Below, in pieces: positions 1-19,132 of a stretch of 64,000 nucleotides of DNA. Source of the DNA: Haliotis rufescens. Lineage: Eukaryota. The DNA is taken from NCBI RefSeq assembly GCF_023055435.1, contig NW_025964323.1:868001-932000 (forward strand), written 5' to 3'. The notes under the pieces were generated by a model. It did not search any database. It saw only the letters and a program-made list of their open reading frames with translations, and was not told the origin of the DNA. The position numbers and the translations under genes are program-made. Each line of letters starts with the position of its first letter. Positions within the stretch are counted from its first letter, which is position 1.

Positions 1-1149
1 TTTGAAACACTAATTTAAACAGTTGTGTGCAGACGTATTGCATTTAAACATATTCATTACCATCTACAACTCCGTTAAATATATTTTATCTATGCAATAA
101 CCGAATTAAACGAATTATTGATTGTCAAAGATAATAAATAACTTGTTTTATACGTCTGGGGATGCGAAAATGGTATTTGAATCGACAAACATAACATTCC
201 AGAAATTGAATGGCGACATGTACATATCTGTGACAAAACCATGAAAACAACCGGTTGATGTTATGAGAAAAGTATCATTTCGTTGTAGTACGATGCCATG
301 CAAAATTCACTTAGCTTGACTACCTCATCCAGTTCAGTTGGTTCTTACAACAAGCATAGATTATTGGGGACCAATTCTGACCCAACATCCCACAGAAGCT
401 TACATGTCTAGTCTGGAGCACTGGTGATACATAACGTACGTGTGTACCCTTGTTTTACAAAGCTTATCAAGAACAGTATTTTAATTGAGTAGTGTATCAT
501 GATCAGTCGTGATCGATGTTTTTTTTATGTACATGTAACTATTTAAAAGTCAGACACACATTCATTGTATCTGTATCGATATAACGCCATCCGACCAGTG
601 GTATTTGCAATGGATGGACAGTTCCTTGGCAGGTTATTTATACTATCAGCCACTGATTATCCTGGCCCAAAACATATTTATTTACAGGCGGATAGAATGA
701 AAGCATGAACAAGCAGCAGGATAAGATGGTAAAGTGACTGTTAACATTCTAGTACCTCATCACGGGCAGCTTGGTATGTATACCCCCAAGGGAGTTGAAA
801 TAAAAATCGAGTGCATTGATCCATTGACTAGGGTATAATCACTATTTGTCAGTGATTCTTAAACACATGCTTATGGTATAGTCGGAATCGTGCAGTCGAC
901 TCTGCTCTGCTTTTGACATATTTCTTATCAATAAGGAAAGCGCTTTGTCGGTTTTATTAATATAAAATGTAGCGCCATGAATATTCGCTTGAGAGGAATA
1001 GTGCATTATTAATGGACTCGGTAGTTGTATTAGGAGTGGTGGCGGAGCTGGTGGTGGTGGGGGATGGTGGGGGTCATGGTGATAGGAGTGGTAGTTGTAG
1101 TAGTATCAGTGTTATTATTATTATTCCCTCATCCGCATACTGCATGAGA

Positions 1150-1384
1150 GACCCGTGAAGATCCGGGTTAGAATAGGTCTTCAGCAACCCATGCTTGCCA
1201 CAAGATGCGCCTAACGGGAGCGGGTGGTCAGACTCGCTGACCTGGTTGGTGCATATCCCAATTAGTAGAGCGATGCTCATGATATCAATCACTGGATTGT
1301 CTGGTCAAGACTCGATTCTTTACAGACCGCCGTCATATAGCTGGAATATTGCTGATTGTGGCGTTAAACAATAAACAAACAAAC
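1150..1384 (+). mobile_element. SINE-like family B (GACCCGTGAAGATCC...GCTGGAATATTGCTGA...GGCGTTAAACAA)
   Basis: Dispersed repeat with an (AAAC)n tail. Other copies at 9279-9528, about 6440-6585, about 19940-20150 (minus) and about 28625-28720. Confidence 0.75.
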
Positions 1385-1559
1385 TGCTTATAACTTGACG
1401 TTGGTTATCACAGTCAAACGTATCGGGATTGTTTCGACCTTCCTGACGTGATTGGCTATCCTTCATACTGAGTTGAAATGTAAAGAACTATTGTTTCTGA
1501 TGAGTAAGGCACTTCTATAGAGTGTCTAACAAAAAACATTTAAAAGAACATTTCTTTAA

Positions 1560-1582
1560 AGATTTATTTCCGTTTGTTTATT
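1560..1582 (-). terminator. Poly(A) signals, copy 1
   Basis: Two AATAAA hexamers just after the stop; the second lies in the conserved GAAATAAATCT context. Confidence 0.6.
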
Positions 1583-1593
1583 TGACCAGTATT

Positions 1594-4038
<2,445 letters not shown>

Positions 4039-4080
4039 GTTGAATGTTGGAGGAAGGAAGGTGAGAGGAAATCCTTATTG

Positions 4081-4240
4081 CACTTGAGTTGTTGCTGATC
4101 AAAACAAGAAGGCGGTTGTTTATATATCATCGCCAGGATGTAGTCTTGTTGCTGATTGGCTGACGGTTGTGTTGCAGGTAACTACCAACAAATGTAATCC
4201 TAATCCCTTGTAATCGTCGTTGGATAACCACCAGATTAGC
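4081..4240 (-). promoter_or_regulatory. Core promoter, copy 1
   Basis: GTTACCTGCAAC, CCAAT (4155-4159), TATAAA (4119-4124), TCA Inr with A at 4096, ACAACTCAAGTG, and upstream TAATCC sites. Confidence 0.75.
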
Positions 4241-5215
4241 GACCTTGCCAGGTGTCCGTTTCTTCCGAATCTCTACAGTTAGTATCATAGTTGCCTAATA
4301 TGAGTTAGATGCCTTTCCAGATCTGTCTGCATGTGCCCCCAGTGGCAAAAAGATGTGATCAGGCGAGTGAAGGATATCGATTGTTGTCATGAACTTGAAT
4401 TTAGAAACTGGCAGAACACTAACAATAATTTATAAAACACATCTCCACATTTACACCACGACAAAGCATTCTCTGGTTGAAATATTTGAAAAACACCAGA
4501 ACTCTCTGTAACCTGTATTTATACTGTGTGACGCACGTGCACTCTGTTTTCGGGTACTGTTGCTCCTTTGCGAGATGATCTCTACACTACATGGTACGCG
4601 TCTCTTAAAAGTGTCGTGAAGTACCAATCGAGTTTCTTTTCAATCGGTTACAATTTTAAAAGGATGCTGACAGGGACTATAGGATATATAGTGCCATGAA
4701 CAAGGATTCATATGTTTATCAGATTTTTAGTGTTTCTAGTCAAAGGTTTATCCAATTGTTTTAACATGAACATCGTTTTAGGTGAACTGATGTAACACAA
4801 AGTTATATATAAATATGAAAATATTTAATAGTTAATTTTACACCGTACTGCCATGGCCATGTGTCGCTATGACCTAGTTCGGCCTTTACACGTCATCAAA
4901 TAATACAGTTCTTGGTCGGGGGCGACACATGTTTTCCGACTTTAAAATCATCCACATTAGTGTAAAAATTAAAAAGATATAGTTCTGCTAATTCGAAGTG
5001 TAATTTAACTGAAATGTTGGTTCAATAAAATGAATATTTAACAACTAACTGTCCATTTGTGAAAAAGAATGGTGCGTTTTAACAACAGAATGATATCACA
5101 CGTCCGTAATACAACTAGGAGAATGTATGTGTTACTATCCATTCCTTATAATATCGGACCTCGGGTCCATCATTTGTAAGGTATGGAGAGTCGATCGGAC
5201 ATTCCCCTCTATAGC

Positions 5216-5381
5216 GTGAGTGAGTGAGTATGGTTTTACGCCGCTTTTAGCAATGTTCCAGCAATATCACGGCGGGGGACACCATAAATGGGCTTCACAC
5301 ATTGTACCCATGTCGGGAATCGAACCCGGGTCTTCGGCGTGACGAGCGAACGCTTTAACCACTAGGCAACCCGACCGCCCC
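5216..5381 (-). mobile_element. SINE family A (tRNA-derived head, (CACT)n tail), full length
   Basis: A box (GCCTAGTGG), B box GGTTCGATTCC, head resembles tRNA-Asp (CGTCACGC...GACCCGGGTTCGATTCCC). Multiple copies in the window. Confidence 0.85.
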
Positions 5382-7239
5382 TAGAACCCGACCGCCTATA
5401 GAAGCTGTTATACGCATAATGTTTCATACTTTCACGAATGGAACCCGCCTAAATACAACCGTCAGCAAATGTGACAGGTGTATTAGGACGGCCATATAGT
5501 ATATGGTAAACCATGGTAAGCTACCGGTTGATGGTATGAGCAAAGTTCAACAGGCAGGGTCAGATGACACGTTATCAGCTGGGTCACACATTGCGACAAC
5601 CAGGCCACCCTGTTCTTTTATCAGTCGCCATCGTAAGGGGACACTCTTGGAGATGCCATTTCTGTAATGTCCTCATGTGATGAAATGTTCACACATAAGA
5701 ATGATTTTTCCCGATAATGTAAGGACCTCTGTTTCCCTTTTTGAACCATTACGTCATACATGTACATGATTAAGTTTTACGATTGTGCGCTTGTGTTTCC
5801 TGTTTTTGGAATAGAGTTAAGTGACAAATCATGGAACTGAGCCCAAATCGTTTTATCACGTACATTTGGTAAACACCATTTGCAATGAGAATATCATAGT
5901 AATCAGTGGTTTTCACTGTAAGTAATGATTGTCAAATTCCTAGCAGTGTTAGTGAAATAATAGCATTGTCTCTCGAACGTGGGCTGACATCCCTAAATTC
6001 AGTGTTTGCAAAAAATTAAATTCTGTTTAGTTCAACGATGGAATTGTTATAGCTACGCGGTTGTTGCTGGGTGCGGCGTTATGCAACAAAGAAACATTTT
6101 GGGTTTTTTATGCAAATTGTGTGAGTGTCGGGTTCTACCTGTGGGGCAGGACATGCTTACCCTTTTCGCGAACGCCGGGTATCATCACTTATTTTCACTC
6201 ATTCATTCATATGATTTTCTTCACTATTTTGCTTTTTATATCAATGGAATCTGAGACTGAGACTGATTATTCTCTGGCGTTGACAGGTTATATTTCTACT
6301 CAGACTAGTTAAGTCATCTGGTTTCAAATGCTGATAAATATAGGAGACAGTCGGGACCCAAAACAAGGTACTATGTTTTTTGGGTATCAAATGTCTATTT
6401 AACGAGATTCGAGTGTACTCTTTCAGTCTGATAAGTACATTGACTTGGTTGGTGCATGCAATCGTATACCAATTGCATAGATCGATGATGATTATGTCAA
6501 TCAGAGGATTGTCTGAAGGATTGACTCGATTATTTTCAGACCGTCATTTGATTGGAATATTGCTGAGTGCGGCGTTAATCAGTAAGCAAATAGATGAAAC
6601 TCAACTCATCTCAGAAAATGCTGGAAATCGATGCTGGTCCTGCACAAGTAAATATATGTGTAAAGGGTGTTCTAACAATGTTGAAATGAATACACAAATT
6701 GGAATACATTAACTAGAACCTTTATATTAACATGTTTTTTATCATTTTTAAAATCTATCAAATGCATTTCACTTTCAACTATTCATATTTGCATAAGATG
6801 CATGTTTGCACATACGGATCTCACTAAATATAACATGGAAATGTAACAATATTTTCTATTTCAGATTATGACAAAACACGCCAGTAATGACTCTAGTTTA
6901 AGGGACAATAAAACATCATTCAATTGCCCCCTGTTATACCGACAGCGTGTGTCCATCTTAATGTGTATTCTGTGATTCTATTTTATTCTGGCTGGATGTT
7001 TAGGCATTGTTTTATTTGTCAGGTTTTTTTATGTCACATTTCAATCGTGTTACGACATATATCTCTTGTATAATCTAACGACACCCACCCCACATTTGGT
7101 CCACAAAAATGTGTGATTCATGTCAATTACTTTTTTTGCAAGATCCCAACAGCCAACAGTTGATCTTTTCCTTGCCTCCATCAAATATGTTTTCTCCGCC
7201 TCTAATCAAGGCTCACTTTGCGCATCTCAAATCAAGTTC

Positions 7240-8600
7240 CTTTTCCCTGCCTCCACTCAACTCGTGCTTTCTTGCTTTACTCAACCCCTGTTTCCCAGCC
7301 TCTATTAAACCCTGTTTCTCATCCTCTACTCAACCAGTTTCCCAACCTCCATTAAACCCAGTTTCTCATCCTCCACTCAACCAGTTTCCCAACCTCCATT
7401 AAACCCTGTTTCTCAACCTCCAGCCAACCAGTTTCCCAACCTCCATTTAGCCCTGTTTCTCAACCTCCACTCAACCAGTTTCCCAACCTCCATTAAACCC
7501 AGTTTCTCAACGACCACTCAACCAGTTTCCCAACCTCCATTAAACCCTGTTTCTCATCCTCCACTCAACCAGTTTCCCAACCTCCATTAAACCCTGTTTC
7601 TCAACCTCCACTCAACCAGTTTCCCAACCTCCATTAAACCCAGTTTCTCATCCTCCACTCAACCAGTTTCCCAACCTCCATTAAACCCTGTTTCTCAACC
7701 TCCACTCAACCAGTTTCCCAACCTCCATTTAGCCCTGTTTCTCAACCTCCACTCAACCAGTTTCCCAACCTCCATTAAACCCTGTTTCTCAACGACCACT
7801 CAACCAGGTTTCCCAACCTCCATTAAACCCAGTTTCTCATCCTCCACTCAACCAGTTTCCCAACCTCCATTAAACCCTGTTTCTCAACCTCCACTCAACC
7901 AGTTTCCCAACCTCCATTTAGCCCTGTTTCTCAACCTCCACTCAACCAGTTTCCCAACCTCCATTAAACCCTGTTTCTCAACGACCACTCAACCAGTTTC
8001 CCAACCTCCATTAAACCCTGTTTCTCATCCTCCACTCAACCAGTTTCCCAACCTCCATTAAACCCTGTTTCTCAACCTCCACTCAACCAGTTTCCCAACC
8101 TCCATTAAGCCCTGTTTCTCAACCTCCACTCAACCAGTTTCCCAACCTCCATTAAACCCTGTTTCTCAACGACCACTCAACTGGTTTCCCAACCTCTAAT
8201 AAACCCTGTTTTTGATCCTCCACTCAACCAGTTTCCCAACCTCCATTAAACCCTGTTTCTCAGCCTCCACTCAGCCAGATTCCCAACCTCCATTAAACCC
8301 TGTTTCTCAACCTCCACTCAACCAGCTTCCCAACTTCAACTCAACCCAGTCTACCAGTCTTCACGCATGCTGTTCCCTTGCCTCAACTCAACCCTTTTCC
8401 TTGCCTCCACTAAATTCTGTTTCCCGGCCTCGACTTAATCCTGTTACCCAACCTCCACTCAACCCAGTCTACCAGTCTTCACGCATGCTGTTCCCTTGCC
8501 TCAACTCAACCCTTTTCCTTGCCTCCACTAAATTCTGACTCCCGGCCTCGACTAAATACTGTTACCCAGCCTCCACTCAACCTCTGTTTCCCTATTCTCA
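7240..8600. repeat. C-rich minisatellite, 47-bp unit made of related 24- and 23-bp monomers
   Basis: CCTCCATTAAACCCTGTTTCTCAA + CCTCCACTCAACCAGTTTCCCAA, about 22 units in the core 7305-8330. Degenerate flanks include a roughly 119-bp duplication at 8341-8580. Confidence 0.95.
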
Positions 8601-9278
8601 TTCAGCTTCTATTCCGCGGTCTCCTCTGCCTCCACATAACACTACTCCTCATCCACCACTTCATCCACTCTCCCCCCCCCCCCCCCCCCCCCCGCCTCCC
8701 TTGCCCCTTTTATACTGTTCATGTCTATCCCATCCCCTCTTTCCATGTCTCCCTCAAAACCTACTATTGCTATCCCCTCTACCAGGCTCTTCAATACTTC
8801 TGTACGCCTAGCATCTATCTTGAATAGTATGCTCCCAGCTACGATACAATTGGAATTGAAACTGGCCCATTACCGAAGAGACAGTAGTATCTATAACACA
8901 GGAAAACGTACATACACGAGTAGAAATATTATCACCCACGTGATAAGACGAGTGAGTGAGTTCTGTTATACGCCGCATTTAGCAATATTCATTGAATACC
9001 ATGGCAGCGGACACAGGAAATTCCCTCCACACATTTCGTATCCAAATGGGGCACCAAACCCGGACCATCGGCTTGACCCATCCTCGCCCAGATCAGTTCA
9101 AAATTCTTTCAAGCCTTTTTGACAATACCTTCTTTTATCCACATGCCCGGGCAAAGCAACAATTTACAATCATATTTAGGAGATACTGTGTTTTCAATGC
9201 AGAACTGGGTTTGCTGTAGATATAACCTCGATAAATTGAATTTCAAACCGAACGCGTAGCTTGTTATCTCCATTCTGC

Positions 9279-9528
9279 GACCCGTGAAGATCTGAGGTAG
9301 AATAGGTCTTCAGCAACCCATACTTGCCGTAAAAGACAACTTTGCGACTAACGGCATCGGGTGGTCAGGCTCCCTGACTTGGTTGAGGCATGTCATCGAT
9401 CCCATTTGCGTAGATCGATGCTCGTGATATTAATCACTGGATTGTCTGTTTCAGACTCGATTATTTACAGACCGCCGTCATATAGCTGGAATATTGCTGA
9501 GTGCGGCGTTAAACAACAAACTCACCAA
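9279..9528 (+). mobile_element. SINE-like family B
   Basis: Colinear with 1150-1384. 9-bp TSD CCATTCTGC. Confidence 0.8.
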
Positions 9529-10361
9529 CCATTCTGCCATGACATATTTTACCGCGAACATTCAGGTGTTAAGGGAAAATATTGACTGAAGCGGCATAGA
9601 TTGACTCCAGTGTTTTGAGTCGGTTATGTATCTGAATAACGGACATGCCGAAAATAACCTTTAACCAAAGTATGGAGCTTTCTTTGCCGACATTATTTGC
9701 ATATGGCACTATACTTTACTCTGATTTCCTGCTCATTTCTGATAGGCACATTAAGCGTGAAGCAGGCATTGTGAGATTTGCTTCCAAGCCGCACGTCATG
9801 AGTATGGCGTCACACCGCTCACTGGGACGTCATAATCTGATATTGAAAAGCGTAAAATTACAAGCTCTCTGGTCTCCCTAAAGCTTGAAATACACTTTCT
9901 TAGTCGATTATTATCGTGTTTTCGACCAAATCTATTGTCACATATTCTTTGCTTATTTATTAACCGCAAATTCTCATTTTATAGTTTATAAATGTAAATA
10001 TAGTTATTTCAAAGTACCAACCATCAGTGACTGAGAAAGAAGTACTTTTCTTTGTGTTTTACTTTTTGCGGTGATGTGACCGGTCAGCCGACTGTTTTCA
10101 TCAGATGTGGTTATTATTATTATACCTCTGACTGACCAATCAGTGTCGACTTATTCTCACAGTCATGGTGGAATGTACGTTAAACGTCGATGCATGATTG
10201 GGTAACTCATGAAAAAGTGCTGCTGCAAACAAGTTGCGTTTTTTACATTCACCCGGGAATAAATCCTTGCAGTTGTAACATCCAAATTAAGTGTTCCTAA
10301 GAGCACTTCATGGAATCCAGTATTTCCATATAGAAGTTGACCTTCGTATTCTTATTACAGC

Positions 10362-10485
10362 GGGCGGTAATGAAGCTTAGTGGTTGAGCGTTCGCTCGTC
10401 ACGCCGAAGGCCAGGGTTCGATTCCTGCCTGTGGTAAAGTCCATTGCTAAAAGCGGCGTAAAACAATGTTCATTCACACACTCAC
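10362..10485 (+). mobile_element. SINE family A, internally deleted
   Basis: Same head and tail. Flanked by a 12-bp TSD, TCTTATTRCAGC. Confidence 0.8.
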
Positions 10486-10742
10486 TCTTATTGCAGCATC
10501 CGTAAACAGGGTAAAGAAACATAAACAAGGTAAAGAAACAGTTGATAATTAATGAGAAGGTATTATTAATTGGTTACAATATCGGCTACGTTGTGCGTTT
10601 TCGAAAGTGAAGTACGCAGTTACTCGTACATTTAAAGGAATCTTTATCTCTACTTTCATTTTTCTATTCCTGCATTGTATCCTCAACGGAACTGTGTATA
10701 CACTATCTGTATTGTAAAACAGAAATAAATATATTGATCGGG

Positions 10743-10760
10743 TTCAGATTTATTTCTGAA
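10743..10760 (-). terminator. Poly(A) signal, copy 2
   Basis: TTCAGA-AATAAA-TCTGAA, about 30 nt after the stop. Confidence 0.7.
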
Positions 10761-10784
10761 TATACAAATAAAAGCATTGCAGAG

Positions 10785-13129
<2,345 letters not shown>

Positions 13130-13190
13130 ATTGAATGTTGGAGGAAGGAGGGAGCCGGTAAGTCCTTTTTGCTGTAGAATACAAGCTTGG

Positions 13191-13350
13191 CACTTGAGTT
13201 GTCACTGAACACAAGCCAGTAGAGGCGCTTTATATAACCCCGAGTTGTAATCTTGTTCCTGACTGGCTGGCGGTTGCCCTGCCTGTAACCACCAACATCC
13301 AGTAGCTAATTTTAATCCCTTGTTATCGGTATTGGATAATCCCGATTAGC
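13191..13350 (-). promoter_or_regulatory. Core promoter, copy 2
   Basis: Same module. The CCAAT position reads CCAGT. TATAAA to Inr (TCAGTG) spacing is 28. Confidence 0.72.
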
Positions 13351-14577
13351 CTCATTGTCAACATGAATCTGCTATTGTGGCCCCTCACACAAAAGAATTG
13401 ATTTCATCTAATTAAAGCTATTCTAATATCTTAATTGTAGTTATATATCAAAACGCTATGTTCACATGTACTTGATAAAACATATAATATGTGATTACCA
13501 GGTATATGTGTCTGTTATGGAGAAATTGTTTATTAACGCCATACCTCAATACATGGTAATCACGCTCGATGAATTCCTAACACGATGTGTTATTATCCCA
13601 CAGAGTAATCCTCCGAAAATCTCGCATTAACTCTCCAATTACGTAAAGAATAACCACGGCTAGACAAGGCCAAATATGCACTAAATGTGGGAACTAAACT
13701 GCCGGACTAAAGAAGACATACACTTAAAACTTGGATTTGACCTAAAAATACAAACGTTACTTGGCTGAAAACAGTCGCCTGTTGTGAGATAGTCATTGAC
13801 ATGACGCGCGTTATGTCGCATAGTATACCCGTATCAAATACACCATAATCGAGTGACCATGTCTTGTTTGTTTCAATGTGAGCCACCATCAGACATGGGC
13901 GTAAACTTTATTTTGCTTGGCAGCTTGTGGGTGTCCTTATCATCTAAATATACATTAAGTCTTTGAAAGGCATTTGGAAGTGATGCACATAAGGAAGAGA
14001 GTTTATATTAGCAGTTGTCAAACATTTGTCAACATTTGAAATACATATACCCTAACGCTATTAATTTGATATCCGATGATATGGTGTTTGACAACACTTG
14101 ACAAAATCAGTTTGACAAGAAAAGAGTTGTAGATGTCTTTTCTCTAACAATTAGGACATGAATTTCTCAACATCTTTTTAGTGAGTGAGTGGGTGGATGG
14201 ATTTAATGTGCTTAACGCCCATAACAGTATTCCAGTTATCACGGCGTGTTAGCTTAATCTGGGAGAAAAGCACGATGTGATGCAAGTCTCAGACCTAGAC
14301 ACATAATCCGGGCGGACCGGAATTCGAACCCTCGTAAGATTTCTGGTGTGCCCACCTTCTTAGTGAGATATTGAAGCACACACTGAACACTCCCTAACGT
14401 ATAAACATTTATGTCTTGGGTAAATTAAAAGGGACAGAAGTAACGCCAATGTCAACATTTATCATGCAGTTTTTGAACACACTGAATAATTTAAACGAAA
14501 AGGTCTATAGTTATCTTTAACAACATTTGTTCGTCACGTTCATTTTATAATGTAACCCTCCACTAGTCTTTAACCGC

Positions 14578-15800
14578 AAACTCTATCCCCGACACACTCT
14601 ATCCCTGCCCGAGCTCTATCTCTATGCCCAATGCCCCGGCAACCCTCTATCCCCGGCACACTCTATCCGTGCCCCAGCTCTATCTCTATGCCCTATGCCC
14701 AAGCATCCCTCTATCACCGGCACACTCTATCCCTGCCCCAGCTCTATCTCTATGCCCAATGCCCCGGCATCCCTCTATCCCCGGCACACTCTATCCGTGC
14801 CCCAGCTCTATCTCTATGCCCTATGCCCAAGCATCCCTCTATCCCCGGCACACTCTATCCGTGCCCCAGCTCTATCTCTATGCCCTATGCCCAAGCATCC
14901 CTCTATCACCGGCACACTCTATCCCTGCCCCAGCTCTATCTCTATGCCCAATGCCCCGGCATCCCTCTATCCCCGGCACACTCTATCCATGCCCCAGCTC
15001 TATCTCTATGCCCTATGCCCCAGCATCCCTCTATCCCCGGCACACTCTATCCGTGCCCCAGCTCTATCTCTATGCCCAATGCCCCGGCATCCCTCTATCC
15101 CCGGCGCACTCTGTCCCTGCCCCAGCTCTATCTCTATGCCCTATGCCCTAGCATCCCTCTATCCCCGGCACACCCTATCCCTTCCCAAACTCTATCGTTA
15201 TGCCCGGGCATCCCTCTATCCCCGGCACACCCTATCCCTTCCCCAGCTCTATCTTTATGCCCTATGCCCCAGCTTCCCTTTATCCCCGGCACACTCTATC
15301 CGTGCCCCAGCTCTATCTCTATGCCCAATGCCCCGGCATCCCTCTATCCCCGGCGCACTCTGTCCCTGCCCCAGCTCTATCTCTATGCCCTATGCCCTAG
15401 CATCCCTCTATCCCCGGCACACCCTATCCCTTCCCAAACTCTATCGTTATGCCCGGGCATCCCTCTATCCCCGGCACACCCTATCCCTTCCCCAGCTCTA
15501 TCTTTATGCCCTATGCCCCAGCTTCCCTTTATCCCCGGCACACTCTATCCGTGCCCCAGCTCTATCTCTATGCCCTATGCCCTAGCATCCCTCTATCCCC
15601 GGCACACCCTATCCCTTCCCCAGCTCTATCGTTATGCCCCAGCATCCCTCTATCCCCGGCACACCCTATCCCTTCCCCAGCTCTATCGTTATGCCCCAGC
15701 ATCCCTCTATCCCCGGCACACCCTATCCCTTCCCAAGCTCTATCTTTATGCCCTATGCCCCAGCATCCCTTTATCCCCGCATCCGCCTATCCCCGCCCTG
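14578..15800. repeat. C-rich minisatellite, 64-bp unit with 57-bp variant
   Basis: CTCTATCCCCGGCACACTCTATCCGTGCCCCAGCTCTATCTCTATGCCCTATGCCCAAGCATCC, about 19 units, with higher-order periods of 192 and 249 bp. Confidence 0.95.
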
Positions 15801-16623
15801 CAAAACCCTTGCTGTCGCTGTCCTTGTTCCAATGATGGACCGTGATTTGGAAAATCCCTACGTTTACTTTTATTTAAAAAAAGTTAGGGATAGTAGTATG
15901 GGCAAAATAAATCTGATGGTATGTTTCAAGCTTGTTACGCTCCATCCGTATATTAGGCGAATCCCATTCTTTCAACCCGCTGTTTATGGATCAGTGCATA
16001 ATCGAAACAAATCCTTACACACACAGCTATCATTTCGTATTTTGTCTTCTAGGTTATATTAAATTTCTAATTTATTTAGCCTTTTTTCTCTTAAATCCGC
16101 GACATGTTCTTCCTTTGTCGTCGTGTGATCCGATTTCGCATTAGCTGTTTATTTCTTGTTCTTTTGTATTTCTTATCAAATATTCAGACTAAACGCAAAT
16201 GTACAATGGTTCTGCCCCTATCTCTGTCGGCACTTGATAACACATTCAGTGGAACCTCGTTGTGTCGCACTCGTAGGGACCCGGAAAGAGATTCGAATTA
16301 TCCGGGTTTCGAGACAACCAACAAAGTAAATTTCCGTCAAACAAACATCACGTTATGAGAGGTTATTACGTGTAGTCTTGTCATCTTTGGTTTCATACAA
16401 CGTTTCAAATACGATAACCATAAAATGCATGTAGAATGTATAATAATATTACCCCATCACTGTGAAATTGAGTCTACATATGCATGTTGATAGGCTTGTA
16501 GGACCTATTATAATATCTCAACAAGGTTATCAGAAATTTTCCTCCAGTCAGCGCAACATGACGATACACCCTGTTATTACAATGCAGTTAATTTTGAGAT
16601 AATGTGGAGATTTAGCCCAATTA

Positions 16624-16735
16624 TGTTGGTTGTTACCTGCAGGGCAACCGTCAGCCAATGAGAAACAAGCATGCAACACGAGGATCATATATAAACTGCG
16701 TCCGCCTTGTTCTGGTCAGAAACAACTCAAGTGCC
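16624..16735 (+). promoter_or_regulatory. Core promoter, copy 3
   Basis: GTTACCTGCAGGGCAAC, CCAAT, TATAAA at 16690, TCA Inr with A at 16718, ACAACTCAAGTG. Confidence 0.78.
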
Positions 16736-16788
16736 CAGCTTGACAGAAACGATAAAAAGGATTTACCCCCTCTCCTTCTTCCTCCAAC

Positions 16789-19092
<2,304 letters not shown>

Positions 19093-19117
19093 ATAAAATA
19101 TTATTTCCTCTGTGCAG

Positions 19118-19132
19118 TCAGAAATAAATCTT
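19118..19132 (+). terminator. Poly(A) signal, copy 3
   Basis: AATAAA at 19123-19128 in the conserved context, followed by a T/GT-rich tract. Confidence 0.7.

Noticed and set aside
5300-5381. Possible tRNA-Asp gene
   Set aside because: The tRNA-like part continues into a SINE body and microsatellite tail, lacks a proper acceptor stem, and occurs as dispersed copies, some with TSDs.
7240-8600. CRISPR-like regular repeats
   Set aside because: No unique spacers, no cas genes, and an intron-containing eukaryotic context. It is a plain minisatellite.
14624-15845. Pro/Ser-rich ORFs up to 404 aa in all three plus frames
   Set aside because: Product of a stop-poor C-rich minisatellite whose 64-bp unit is not a multiple of 3.
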